Source of the DNA: Laetmonice hystrix
Lineage: Eukaryota
Length of the DNA: 64,000 nucleotides
Direction of reading: 5' to 3'
Assembly: GCA_965235115.1 (NCBI GenBank)
Contig: OZ249436.1
Span: forward strand, 65,286,001 to 65,350,000
The translations under genes were made by a program, and so were the position numbers. How positions within the stretch are numbered: the stretch's first letter is position 1; each line of letters starts with the position of its first letter. A model generated the notes under the pieces. The model saw only the letters and a list, made by a program, of their open reading frames with translations. It did no database searches and was not told where the DNA came from. This document shows positions 1 through 11,030 of the stretch, piece by piece.

Positions 1-3000
1 TGTCATCCGAATTGGTATGTTGATGTTTTTATTTCTGGCCTCATCATAATACTGTTAATCCACTCAGCGTATTGTGGCACCAGATCAGGTCTACTTGTTT
101 TTTAGAGGAGGCTGCAGATTATCATGAGAGGGAATTCTCGCCATGGATTGACGTTTCTGTCAATATAAGCCGCATAGAAAGGTACCTCCTCATATTGAGA
201 TTGTTCTAACCAATTGTGTTGTTAACACCACCGTTTAGTCAGCTCAACAAGTATACCATACTCACAGATTACATGTTGTGACCACGTATGGATACTGATT
301 TAACAGCACTGAGATTATTTGACGCCGTGTCCTGCCATAATCGGTGGTCTAGTTAGGGGCGTGTTGTTAAAGTTACTGGCTCGGTTTACAAGTGATTACA
401 GTTTATCGGGAGAAGCCAGCTGTGTCGGGTGTAATCTTTGTGGAAGGAGCAATCATGCAGAGCAATTGCTAACTCCGGTTTGAATAGTGCATGTTTTATC
501 ATCCAGGTAATGATTTCTGACATTGTTTAGTAACGATTCATTGAGTTTAAACACATCAATCTCAATCTGATGAAAAAATAGGAGAGAAACATGGCTCGAC
601 GGCAAAACACTCGCAGCCCTAACTGTGAGACGACTGAAGGAGTGAGTGAGTGAGGTAGTGAGATTCTGCCATCGACATTCATATTATTGTGGGTTAAAAA
701 GTAAGAGATAATTGACAGAATGATAGCGTTGCACATGCCATCAGTGTTATTGCCAGCTTGGCGCCATAATGTTTGAGTCACTCGCAGTTATAAGGTGATT
801 CAGGAATTGGTAAAGAAAGATGTGGTGATGGCAGTCTGCAGGTATAGAGAGACCACAACCGGTAAGTGATGGGAGACCAAGTTATGTTGAGAGTACAGCA
901 CACATGTGGCTGCCTGCGTTAATTTGAATTTATACATGGACGAAACACAGGTAAAGATTGAAAATCCCGAGGTTCTCACCAAAATAGCCTCTAGCGCCGG
1001 TTTGTGGGCCATATTGAGGGGTGCCCCAGCTGGGGAGCGAGGCAGCTGCTACAGTAACTGTAGACATAGCCTGCCTTACGCTGTCAGAGCGGAGTACCTG
1101 CTGCCTACAGGCCGGCCAGCCCGAGCGGGGCCGTCTTAGATCCGTTAGGCGGATCCAAACCCCCTCACCCCACCCCACCCCCAACCCCCGGCCTCCCAGG
1201 TGAACCCATTCGCGCCCACCCTGTCCCCCTGACCCTCCCCCACCCCTACCCCTTCCTTGCTTTCCTTCCGTCTCAAAATAAAACGAGCCTGGTCCATTCT
1301 GATGCCTGCTGTAGCCCCAGAGTTACCCTCAGATGAGGCGCTCTCAGGTCACCTGATATCTGAGCTCCTTCAGACGGCTGCCTACGGGCCAAACTCCTCG
1401 ATGAATTGGGAAGTTCACGACGCAGGAAAAAACTTAATTTGCATGATGCAGATTTGGGTTTGCGCAGATGTCGAAAACATTTGGAGGACATCTTGCGGCA
1501 TCTGTGTGGTGTGTGAGGGTTGACTCGGGTAGTAGAGGACAGCGGGTTTAGTTGTGGAGCGGATGTGGCTAGGACTCTCGTATTACTGGTTTACCTAGAG
1601 GTTGTGGAGACGACTGGTGTGAATAGAACGTGTTGAAAGATGGCATCAAATGAATCAAACCAACCTGTGCAAACTTTCGGTACTGGAGCCCTGCGCTCTG
1701 CTGCTTCTCAAGTAAATTCGGGTTCAGCGTAATAGACTGATACTTAACAATCTATGCTGTATAGGTAGTGAGCACGAAATAAACCTTAGTCGTAGTACAG
1801 GATGTTTTCTTTGACAGAAGCTGGGCATTGTTGTTGGTATAAAGTTATATAATAAACATGTTATATGAATATGTGTGTGAAAAATCATGCTTCCTTAAAG
1901 TCTTCAACTGAAACCATATACTTTTTTTGGGGGGGGGGGGGAGATTTAGGTGTGATAAAGTTCCGCCTTTCCACACATTATGCTGAGAAAACTAGGAATT
2001 TTACCACGGACGTAAGATTTGTTGTTTCAGAAGTCCGATTGTTGCAGAGTTGGCACAGTAGGACTGTAGAGTATGTGATCCCTTGTACTTTCTCCATGAC
2101 GATGTAACTGATACAAGGGTAAGGAGACTTGATATGGCTACCAACATTTTGTCACGTGTCACATGGGCTTATAAAGGGGCGTGACATCATTCGGTGACAG
2201 CTACCAGTTACACCGAATTACAATCTGAGCCAGGGACAAGTCGTGGTAGACGGGCACAGATATTTCAGGGCAACACGACCAGCAAGAACAAAAAAGGACG
2301 CTAGTGTCATAATCTTGTCACCAGCTGTCTGGAGAAAGAATATCAGAGCGACCATTGTGAGATTATAATAATGTTGCTCCCAGAAGTTGCAAGGAACACG
2401 TAGAGAACCGTACTCCTATGTACCAGGGTACCGGTTGATATGGGATAAGCAGAGGCAGTAGGAAGGACGACCATTCTCATCCCAGTTGTTTATACACCTT
2501 GGGTAGTATATTTACCGTAAGTGCTCAAATAAAGCTCCCGTCCCGATTTTAACATGCATCCTACCGTATGTGCTCCTATAAATGCCCCAGTCTAGACTTA
2601 TACTGCGTATGTTAAGTTGACGTCTGATAGAACAGACTGCAGCAACCTCCCGTTCTTCTTTACCAAAACTGGAAAAAAACCCTTACAATGTCAATTTCAG
2701 GATAACGTTGCTCACCGTGTTTCGACAGTAGATCCAGAACTAAAATCCAACGTTCATACAAATTCAGGATTCAGATTGCTCACTGTAAGGACCACAGACG
2801 GCGTTGATAACCGCAGGCAGTAGGGGTGGTACAGTGAGGCTTCCCGCCAGTAATTGCTTGGGAGACAAGGTTTTCAGTCAAGGAGGTTCCCGTCGGTTGC
2901 CATGGAAACTATAGAAAAATGAAGGGGATTGGAGTTTACTGCACAATGCCTAGTGTAGGACGTATCGTGAGGTCATTAGGTGCGGATCCTTCTCCGGGAT

Positions 3001-4595
3001 TCAGTAGTGGTTTCTGGAGATAATATTTTGGTTTCTTCTGAAGTTTCTAGATATATAACAAGCCAAGTTAGAAACGGAACCATTCTTGGGAGATATGAAT
3101 AACGCTTGATTCTGGTCGATACGAGAAACATTATTGATGTTTGTAAACTGAATCTGACGGCATTGATGGAACTTGATGTTATCAGAATCTTTGTCAAAGA
3201 AAAGAAGATAGTCCAGTGAAGTTAACCATCTGTACTGAAGCCATATGTCATATGGCTCTATTATAGATATTGTGCGTCTATCATAGCGGACGTTAATCAT
3301 GCGTTAGTGTATACTACGTCATTTAACATGACGTAGAGCTGAAAAAGAGAAACGCATAGTTTGACATTTGTTTTGTCACGCCAGATGTAATCCAAGGAGG
3401 AACAAGTTAGATGTTGTGAAAGTGTTGTAAATGTGAAACTGCTAGTTTTGGTGTGACAGAGATTATGTGCTTCCCAGGTTTCTTAGTTTGGTGGGTGACT
3501 GTGAATTTCGATGTTGTAAATGTTGGGAATTATTTCAAGGGTTAATAATCTGCCGTACCTAAGTTTACACCTTGCCCGAGAATACCCATTTTCTGCATCG
3601 CAGCTATTTTCGAATAGCATTGAGCGGATTAGTGGCCGGCCCCTGAAGTTCTCACACTCTCAGAGTCTGCAGCACCTTCCTGTGTCTCATATTAAGGCAG
3701 CAGTGCCGTGCCTTGGTACTAACCTTTCACACTTACCAGTGGAGAACTGCCTGAGAACGTCGCTGAGCCTTTTACTTGAAGTTCACGGAGTAGTTTTAGC
3801 TGTTCACAGTCGTCTCATAAAGAAAGTCAAAGGCCACTCGGATGTTTCTCTTCGATGGACAAGTGGCTGGAGAAAGGATATTTTCTGATCCTCACAGGGC
3901 TTAGATCGTTTCTATTTGTGTTCCTTAAACTTAAAGCGACGTCTTGTGCAATCTTCCCAAGTTGAGTTTATTCCAAACATTCTTATCAGGATAGTGTTAG
4001 TTGAATTATTAGGTTATAAATATCATCATAAATGTTTATTATTTTGTTCACTTACGAAACACGAGTATAGTGCAATAATTATAAAGAATGTGTCGCATTA
4101 ATTGGAAGAACTTTGTTAAAAAAGTAAATAAAGCATTTGCAGATGTGAAAATGTGGTAATCATTAAAGACACACAGAGATGTCAGTAGCACTGGGTGCAC
4201 ACTGTGTCACTGTGGTTTAATCGGACGTCACGTGAGGCCCAACCACCTGTCACGTTACCTGCTTACTCAAGGACATATTTTAACAACTCAAATCTATGTC
4301 TTATTCCTGGGGTTCAAAGTTTTCACAGTCTAAAACTCACACTCCCTGTTTTCTTCTACTCCTGACGTCAGACGTGACGTCGTTCGCGGTAAAAGGTACA
4401 AACTGGTGCCGATTAGTATCCGTAAGGTCAAAGGTCATTACCCTGTGCCAGTATTCACAAATTCACGGCTTTAGGTGAGCATGGGAGCACATTACAGTTA
4501 TAGATCCCAGGCAGTGTGATGTCAGGTGTCACCTGTCACCCTGCCAGGCGGTGGGAGGGGTCACACGTCACCTGTCACTCTGCCAGGTGGGGGAA

Positions 4596-6571
4596 TACGG
4601 TGGCCGATTAGTGCCAACGACGAATGCAAATTCAAAACGACGAATACAAAAGCAAAACGACAAATACAAAAGCAAAACGACAAATACAAATTCAAAACGA
4701 CAAATACAAAAGCAAAACGACAAATACAAAAGCAAAAACGACAAATACAAATTCAAAACGAAGAATACAAATTCAAAACGACAAATACAAAAGCAAAAAC
4801 GATGAATACAAATCCCTCTCACACCACAAACAACAACTTGGCGTGAAGCACGTTTACAAAAAGGATATCCATGTTCCGGGCCGAGAGTCGACCAGGACGA
4901 GTCTAAGTGTAAATGTGGGACAGGGGTGAGCTGAGGTGACATCTACCGAGGCCTGCTATGGAATACCTGAAGGGAAATTCTTCGACTTCCAGCTCGACGT
5001 ACATGTATAGGTCTACATTTACTGAGACACCAACCATAACTTCGACTTCGACTTCGACGTAAACTTCGACTTCGAGTTGGGAGGCACATTCTCAAACTCG
5101 TTCCAAAGGCAACCTTTTTAGCGTGTTTGGGCTTTGGCGTGGCTCCTCCGTCCATGCAGCGGCGGATCCAACGGGCCAGGCGCGGATTTAGGGGGGTCAT
5201 TGTCGGGGGGGGGGGGGGGCGGGGGCGTTGCCGGGGCGGGGCAGGGGCACCGACCCCCGCACCGGTGTGACTAATTACCGAAATCTACCGGAATTCAGAA
5301 ACCCCATGACTAATTACCGAAATCGACCCCCAAACTTACCGAAATGGACCTCTAGTTGTGTTTGGGAGCCCCCAAACTTCCCGAAATGGACCTCTAGTTG
5401 TGTTTGGGACCCCCCCAAACTTCCGAAATCGACCTCTAGTTGTGTTTGGGAGTCCCCAAACTTACGGAAATCGACCCACTCTAATTGGGTTTGGGAGCCC
5501 CCAAACTTACCGAAATCGACCTCTAATTGGGTTTGGGAGCCCCCAAACTTACCGAAATCTGGGGGCTCCCAAACACAACTAGAGGTCGATTTCGGTAAGT
5601 TTGGGGGCTCCCAAACAACACTAGAGGTCGATTTCGGTAATTTGGGGGCTCCTATAAACCCAATTAGAGGTCGATTTCAGTAAGTTTGGGGGCTCCCAAA
5701 CACAACTAGAGGTCGATTTCGGTAAGTTTGGGGGCTCTCAAACACAACTAGAGGTCCATTTCGGTAAGTTTGGGGCTCCCAAACACAACTAAAGAGGTCG
5801 ATTTCGGTAATTTTAGGGGCTCCTAAACCCAATTACAGAGGTCGATTTTGGTAAGTCTCGGGGCTTCCCAATACTATTAGAGGTCGATTTTGGTAAGTTT
5901 GGGGCTCCCAAACACAAAGTTCTAGAGGTCAATTTCGGTAAGTTTGTGGGCTCTCAAACACAACTAGAGGTCGATTTCGGTAATTTTGTGGGTCGATTTC
6001 GGTAATTAGTCATGGGGTTTCTGGATTTCGGTAGATTTCGGTATATTCCGGTAGATTTCGGTAATTAGTCACACCCGTGGACAGTTTCCGCCCTAGTAGG
6101 AATTGGAACGAGTTGCGCATGTCCGAGACTTTGGCTCCCTTATGCCAATCTCCTACCGCATCGCCAGAACTAGTCAGAGTGCAAACACCCCTGTCCACTT
6201 AGACTCGCCCTGGTCGTCCCTGGGCCCCGAACATGGATACCATTCTTGTAAGCGTGCTACACGCCAACTTGTTGTTCGCGTTTGTGATCTCTCTCTTGCA
6301 TTTGCGTGTTTGAATTTGTTTTCGCGGTTTTTGTTTTGTAATTGCCGTTTTGGCGTTTGCGTTTGTGTTTTCTCTTTTGTTTTTGCGTTTTTGAATTTGT
6401 GGTCGTGGTTTCTGTTTTGTAATCGCCGTTCTAACTTTTGCGTTTGTGTTTTCTCTTTTGCATTCGTCGTTTTTAATTTGTAAACGTGTTTTCTCTTTTG
6501 CATTCGTCGTTTTTAATTTGTAAACGTGTTTCCTCTTTTGTAATCGTCGTTGGCACTAACCGGCCACCGTA
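4596..6571. mobile_element. Non-autonomous DNA transposon with long TIRs, IS3EU-like
   Basis: Termini TACGGTGGCCG(A/G)TTAGTGCCAACGACGA inverted at both ends; imperfect inverted arms about 4596-4929 and 6186-6571 with subterminal A-rich repeats; 6-bp direct repeat GGGGAA at 4590-4595 and 6572-6577; TAY..RTA termini with 6-bp TSD is the described IS3EU signature; no transposase ORF. Confidence 0.8.
5260..6079. mobile_element. Nested foldback/palindromic element built from about 42-bp repeats
   Basis: Inverted termini CAC(C/G)GGTGTGACTAATTACCGAAATCTACCGGAA; unit TTACCGAAATCGACCTCTAGTTGTGTTTGGGAGCCCCCAAAC runs forward to about 5560 and then in reverse orientation to about 6000; no clean TSD. Confidence 0.7.
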
Positions 6572-6663
6572 GGGGAAAGGGTCACACGTCACCTGTAACT
6601 CTGTCTGTAGGGTGCCTACCATTTTATGATAGACTCACACCCCAGTCCACTGACCGTGCAGGG

Positions 6664-6929
6664 GTGGGTGGGTGGGTATTTGGGGTTTTACGCCTTGCAA
6701 CAGCCAGGGTCATATCACGGCGGTGAAGATGATGATGAAAGTCAGTTTTTCTTGGTGGAGGAAACCGGAGTGCCCGGAGGAAACCACCGACCTTCGGGAA
6801 GGAACTGACTGACAAACCTTTTACACATGCAGCCCAGACCAGGAATCGAACCCGGACCGCAGCGGTGTGAGGCGATGGTCCTAGGTGTCATGAGCCAGCA
6901 CCTTTGACCACTCGGCCACCCGAGGCCCC
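6664..6929 (-). mobile_element. tRNA-derived SINE with V-domain-like core
   Basis: Minus strand: GGGGCC head, A box TGGCCGAGTGG, B box GGTTCGATTCC, core GGTTTCCTCCGGGCACTCCGGTTTCCTCC, (CCCA)n tail; 12-bp TSD GACCGTGCAGGG at 6652-6663 and 6930-6941. Confidence 0.9.
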
Positions 6930-7999
6930 GACCGTGCAGGGAAACCAGTATACACAAATTACATCTAGAGGTGAACCAAAAGTTTTGCAAATATATGGAA
7001 CAGTTTTAGAACATGACCATTAATGGGGACCTTTGAAAGGTGATGTTAGGACGTCTTACACAGACGTTAAATGGGGCCAATCGTGTGCTTACTCCTCTCG
7101 GTAAACAAGACATCCAGGTTTGTATCTGTGTCTCGACCCCCAAGTCAGTCCGCCAAAGGATTTCATCACAAACTGTAAATGCAGATTAACCATTTAATTT
7201 GTTCTGATTACGATGACTGATGTGGATAGTTGTATAGTTATAAAGAGTGGCAGTTAGTTCCTCAGTCAAGTATAGTCAAGTCTTCAAACTTCACCACTTT
7301 TATTGGTCGTACAGCAGTAAGAGATTGTACTGATCAGGTCAGTGTGGTCAGGGGTCAGTGTGCCACAAACCACAGGCTGACTTCTATGACCTCAGTGACC
7401 TCAGCTTACCTTGACCCCACAGAGACCGGATCACAGATCACCTGTCTGACGCTGTTGTGTTAATCCTCTTGGCGTCACCCCCTTCACTTGGAGAGCACTC
7501 AATATGAGCGACTTACCGTCGCCAGCAAGCATCACACATCTTTGATAGGATTGTCTCACTCCGACCACTCAGGCTCAGGACTGCCTGATCCGGAGAGGCT
7601 GCTTAAAATGTGCCAGAACGGCGACGGTCACCGAGTACGGACTGCCAATAAAAATCTTTCAAAGTACGACGTACTTAGGTTGGGAAAAAAACTTCAGGGA
7701 ATCACAGAGGTGTTTGCACAGTGGCCGCTGTCACGAAGGCTTGCTTGGACACTGCAGGATGCCGCTAAATTGGCGTCTTTCAACAAAATCGAGGCCAGTG
7801 CCCACCATTGGGGTGCGTCGACACTTTCTGGAGCTGACTCTGTCCAGCCGTTTTGCCCTCTTTACTTGTCGTTCTCGGCATGGGGTCCAAGAGATAGAAT
7901 TCCACGTTTATTTTATGTGTCTCTTTAGACACGAGACATTCATATAGTATCCCTATTCTCGCCTCGGGTCAAACATTGCAGACCGATGCGGACGTTGAT

Positions 8000-8122
8000 G
8001 ACCACCACGAAGTCTTACAGCGGACAGGAGGGGCCTGGCAGACCACCGACTGACCTGGCAGTAGACAGGAGGGGCCTGGCAGACCACCGACTGACCGGGC
8101 AGCTGTCAGGAGGGGCCTGGCT
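8000..8122. repeat. Short tandem repeat (about 42-45 bp, about 2.5 copies)
   Basis: ACAGGAGGGGCCTGGCAGACCACCGACTGACC recurs. Confidence 0.7.
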
Positions 8123-8469
8123 GGGAGTGTTCGCGATGGGCAGTGTGAGCAAGCAAGAGTTAATCGAACAATAACATGCAAGCATAGATATCAAACTTAA
8201 TAATATATGTAGATTTGTGATCATACTGTGATTCTAATGAGGAGATAATTTAAAAAAGCACAATCCATCATCCTGTGGAAAAACACCAAAATCCTGTGAG
8301 CCAATGACCACGGAGCGCGCTATTTATACTTTCTGTGGGTTGGATCTGGTTGGTCACTTTAACGGAGTGGGAAAATTGACTTTAAATGTGCTTTTATTGA
8401 CAGCGGGTGGCACTGATTGAATCTGAATGGACAGGATCACGAGGTGGGGGGAGAGTGAGGGACGGCCTG

Positions 8470-8646
8470 GACCTGGGCCAGGAGCCGGGACAGGAGCCGG
8501 GCCAAGCGCCGGGCCAAGAGCCGGGCCAGGAGCCGGGACCGGAGCCGGGCCAGGAGCCGGGACAGGAGCAGGGACAGGAGCCGGGACAGGAGCCGGGACA
8601 GGAGCCGGGACCGGAGCAGGGACAGAGCCGGGACAGGAGCCGGCCC
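8470..8646. repeat. 12-bp GC-rich minisatellite
   Basis: (GGACAGGAGCCG)n variants, about 14 copies. Confidence 0.85.
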
Positions 8647-8699
8647 AGCTGAGAGACATTCTGGGGCTGGTATTGATGCCACAGGCGTGTGCAAGTTGT

Positions 8700-8990
8700 C
8701 AGGAACTTAAAAGCACCGCTGGGTGGAGACCAAGGCAGGACATACATTATATCCATCCGGAATATGTGAACTTCTTCAAGGATTTGAATATTACAAAATA
8801 CCAAATAGCTAAGGAATATCGTTGTTAGGTATCGGTGTCTCGGATTAAAAGACTGGAGCTTTGGTTTGTGTGAACGTTGTCTTCAGCGGTATGGTAATTG
8901 ATTTCACATTGTTGCCAATGACAGTCTTTCTTTGATGTGTCTCGGATGGTCTATGGGTTCCTTGCATGTTGTAACCTTTGACAGCCTAGA
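8700..8990 (+). pseudogene. Possible decayed HTH/integrase-type transposase fragment
   Basis: GWRPRQDIHYIHPEYVNFFKDLNITKYQIAKEYRC*VSVSRIKR...RMVYGFL loosely recalls the N-terminus of animal IS3/IS481-like integrase-core proteins; several stops. Confidence 0.22.
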
Positions 8991-9112
8991 AGTGGGACAA
9001 CCTGTCAGCGGTAAGGAGACCGTGTTGTAATGTCAGGCGTGCATCCCGCCCCCAGTCAGTGCCATCCGAGTGACTGATTGCAAACAGTTTGACCCACGGA
9101 GATCTGACCTCA

Positions 9113-9319
9113 GGGGGTATATCGCCCATGATAACTTAAACCCCACGAAATTTGGTGGAAAGTAAAGATCCATGGCCCTGACCTTATCCCTAACCCCTAA
9201 CCCCAGTCCCTATCACCTCCCAAAGACATATTCCTATCCTATCCCTATCCCTATCCTTGACCTTAACCCTAACCCCTGCCCAAACATTTCGTGGAAAGTT
9301 ATCATGGGGGAAGAACCCC
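9113..9319. mobile_element. MITE, PIF/Harbinger-like
   Basis: Imperfect TIRs GGGG...CCCATGATAACTT...CACGAAAT; 3-bp direct repeat TCA on both sides; CCCTAA/CCCTAT-rich interior. Confidence 0.6.
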
Positions 9320-9651
9320 TCAGGGTGTCCTGATCAGGGTGGAAACGTTTCCAGAGGAAACAGGTCTTGGGGGCTAGGCAGCCCGGGGAACGTTAGAAAT
9401 TACTCAGGGGGATGGCATGCGTTATTTCTCCAGGGGAGAATACTGACACTTAGAGCACCCTTCATCACTCGTTAAATGTTCTCGTCTCTCGGCTGCCATG
9501 GTCACCAACGTGACAGGAATGGTAGTGCGAGGTCTAATTACAGGGACGACCTGCTGCGGGCACAGTGTGGCATTAATTCATTGAACTAGTGGTCAATATC
9601 GAGTACATAATCTTACCATTAATTTTCATTATGGAGGAGTGCTCTTGTGAT

Positions 9652-10228
9652 TCTAGTTGCCTGGACCCAGTGTATAGTTGACCTAGTTCCCTTGACCCAA
9701 TGTTTGGTTGCCCGGACCTGTTGTTGCTCAGACCCAGTGTTTGGCTGTGCCAGTTGCCCGGACCCATGGTGTTGCCCGGACCCAGTGTTTGGCTGTGCCA
9801 GTTGCCCGGACCCATGGTGTTGCTCAGACCCAGTGTTTGGCTGTGCCAGTTGCCCGGACCCATGGTGTTGCCCGGACCCAGTGTTTGGCTGTGCCAGTTG
9901 CCCGGAACCAGTGTTTGGCTGTGCCAGTTGCCCGGACCCATGGTGTTGCTCAGACCCAGTGTTTGGCTGTGCCAGTTGCCCGGACCCATGGTGTTGCCCG
10001 GACCCAGTGTTTGGCTGTGGCAGTTGCCCGGGCCCATGGTGTTGCCCGGACCCAGTGTTTGGCTGTGGCAGTTGCCCGGACCCATGGTGTTGCCCGGACC
10101 CATGGTGTTGCTCAGACCCAGTGTTTGGCTGTGCCAGTTGCCCGGACCCAGTGTGTCGTTGACCTAGTTCCCTTGACCCAATGTTTGGTTGCCCGGACCC
10201 ATGGTGTTGCCCGGACCCAGTGTTTAGT
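9652..10228. repeat. Composite minisatellite (48-bp unit with 18- and 30-bp subunits)
   Basis: GACCCAGTGTTTGGCTGTGCCAGTTGCCCG + GACCCATGGTGTTG(CCCG/CTCA); bracketed by direct repeats GTTGACCTAGTTCCCTTGACCCAATGTTTGG. Confidence 0.9.
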
Positions 10229-10544
10229 TGTCTTGGGTCCTGTGCCTTCAGTCCTCGCCTCACCACACCAACCAGGCTTCATCATGGCTCTGTCATGTGA
10301 CGACACGAGGTCTCAGTGAATCAATATTGTTCCTCTACCCCCCCCCCCCCCCCCCCCCACCGACACGTGATGCTGGACGGTTCATACTCTGGCACCATGC
10401 CGCACGATCCCGTCAACAGCCAGACCCACAGGTTCTGTCTCTAGGGGAGCACCTCTCCACGGTTTATAGATGGATCCAAAACTGGTCTGTAGTCTCAGCA
10501 TGGCACACAGTATGAGACATCAGCATGGCACACATAGTATGAGG

Positions 10545-11030
10545 TATGAGACGTCCAGCGGTTTTAGATGTCCTATACCATGTCAACGTCCGCGGACAAA
10601 ACGAACTGAGTATTTGTGTGAGGTGTGGAATGATTTACCAGGCTGCACCAGTCAGCCTTGGTGTCTCAGCCTGCCCGGAGGTTCTGGTTTGTGTTGTCTC
10701 TGCATGGCACACACAGTATGAGACGTCCAGCGGATTTAGATGTCCTACACCATGTCAACGTCCGCGGACAAAACGAACTGAGTATTTGTGTGAGGTGTGG
10801 AATGATTTACCAGGCTGAACCAGTCAGCCTTGGTGTCTCAGCCTGCCCAGAGGTTCTGGTTTGTGTTGTCTCTGCATGGCACACACAGTATGAGACGTCC
10901 AGCGGATTTAGATGTCCTACACCATGTAAACGTCCGCGGACTTGAAATGAGTATTTGTGTGAGGTGTGGAATGATTTACCAGGCTGCACCAGTCAGCCTT
11001 GGTGTCTCAGCCTGCCCGGAGTCTCTGAGA
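10545..11030. repeat. 172-bp tandem repeat, about 2.8 copies
   Basis: TATGAGACGTCCAGCGG at 10545, 10717 and 10889. Confidence 0.9.

Noticed and set aside
2150-2520. TATA-like TTATAAAGG with downstream KLQG…PGYRL as the gene's promoter or first PDZ exon
   Set aside because: No in-frame ATG, stops in frame, no GG/PLxI motif and no phase-0 donor
2510-2590. TACCGTA(A/T)GTGCTC… Tc1/pogo-like terminus, present twice
   Set aside because: No matching inverted end nearby; at most a fragment
6840-6929. tRNA gene
   Set aside because: A and B boxes are present, but the sequence continues into a SINE core with tail and TSD and has no proper cloverleaf
7488-7928. 146-aa ORF, and EYGLPIKI in another frame, as the first PDZ exon
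   Set aside because: No upstream WGFRL-GG and no suitable donor; no recognisable family
8354-8694. Collagen/elastin-like GAGT or PAPV ORFs
   Set aside because: Translation of a 12-bp GC-rich repeat
9573-10319. Cys-rich, metallothionein- or keratin-associated-like ORFs (CCPDPVFGCASCPDPW…)
   Set aside because: All six frames are open because the units are multiples of 3 and lack stops; no splice or start context; this is a minisatellite translation
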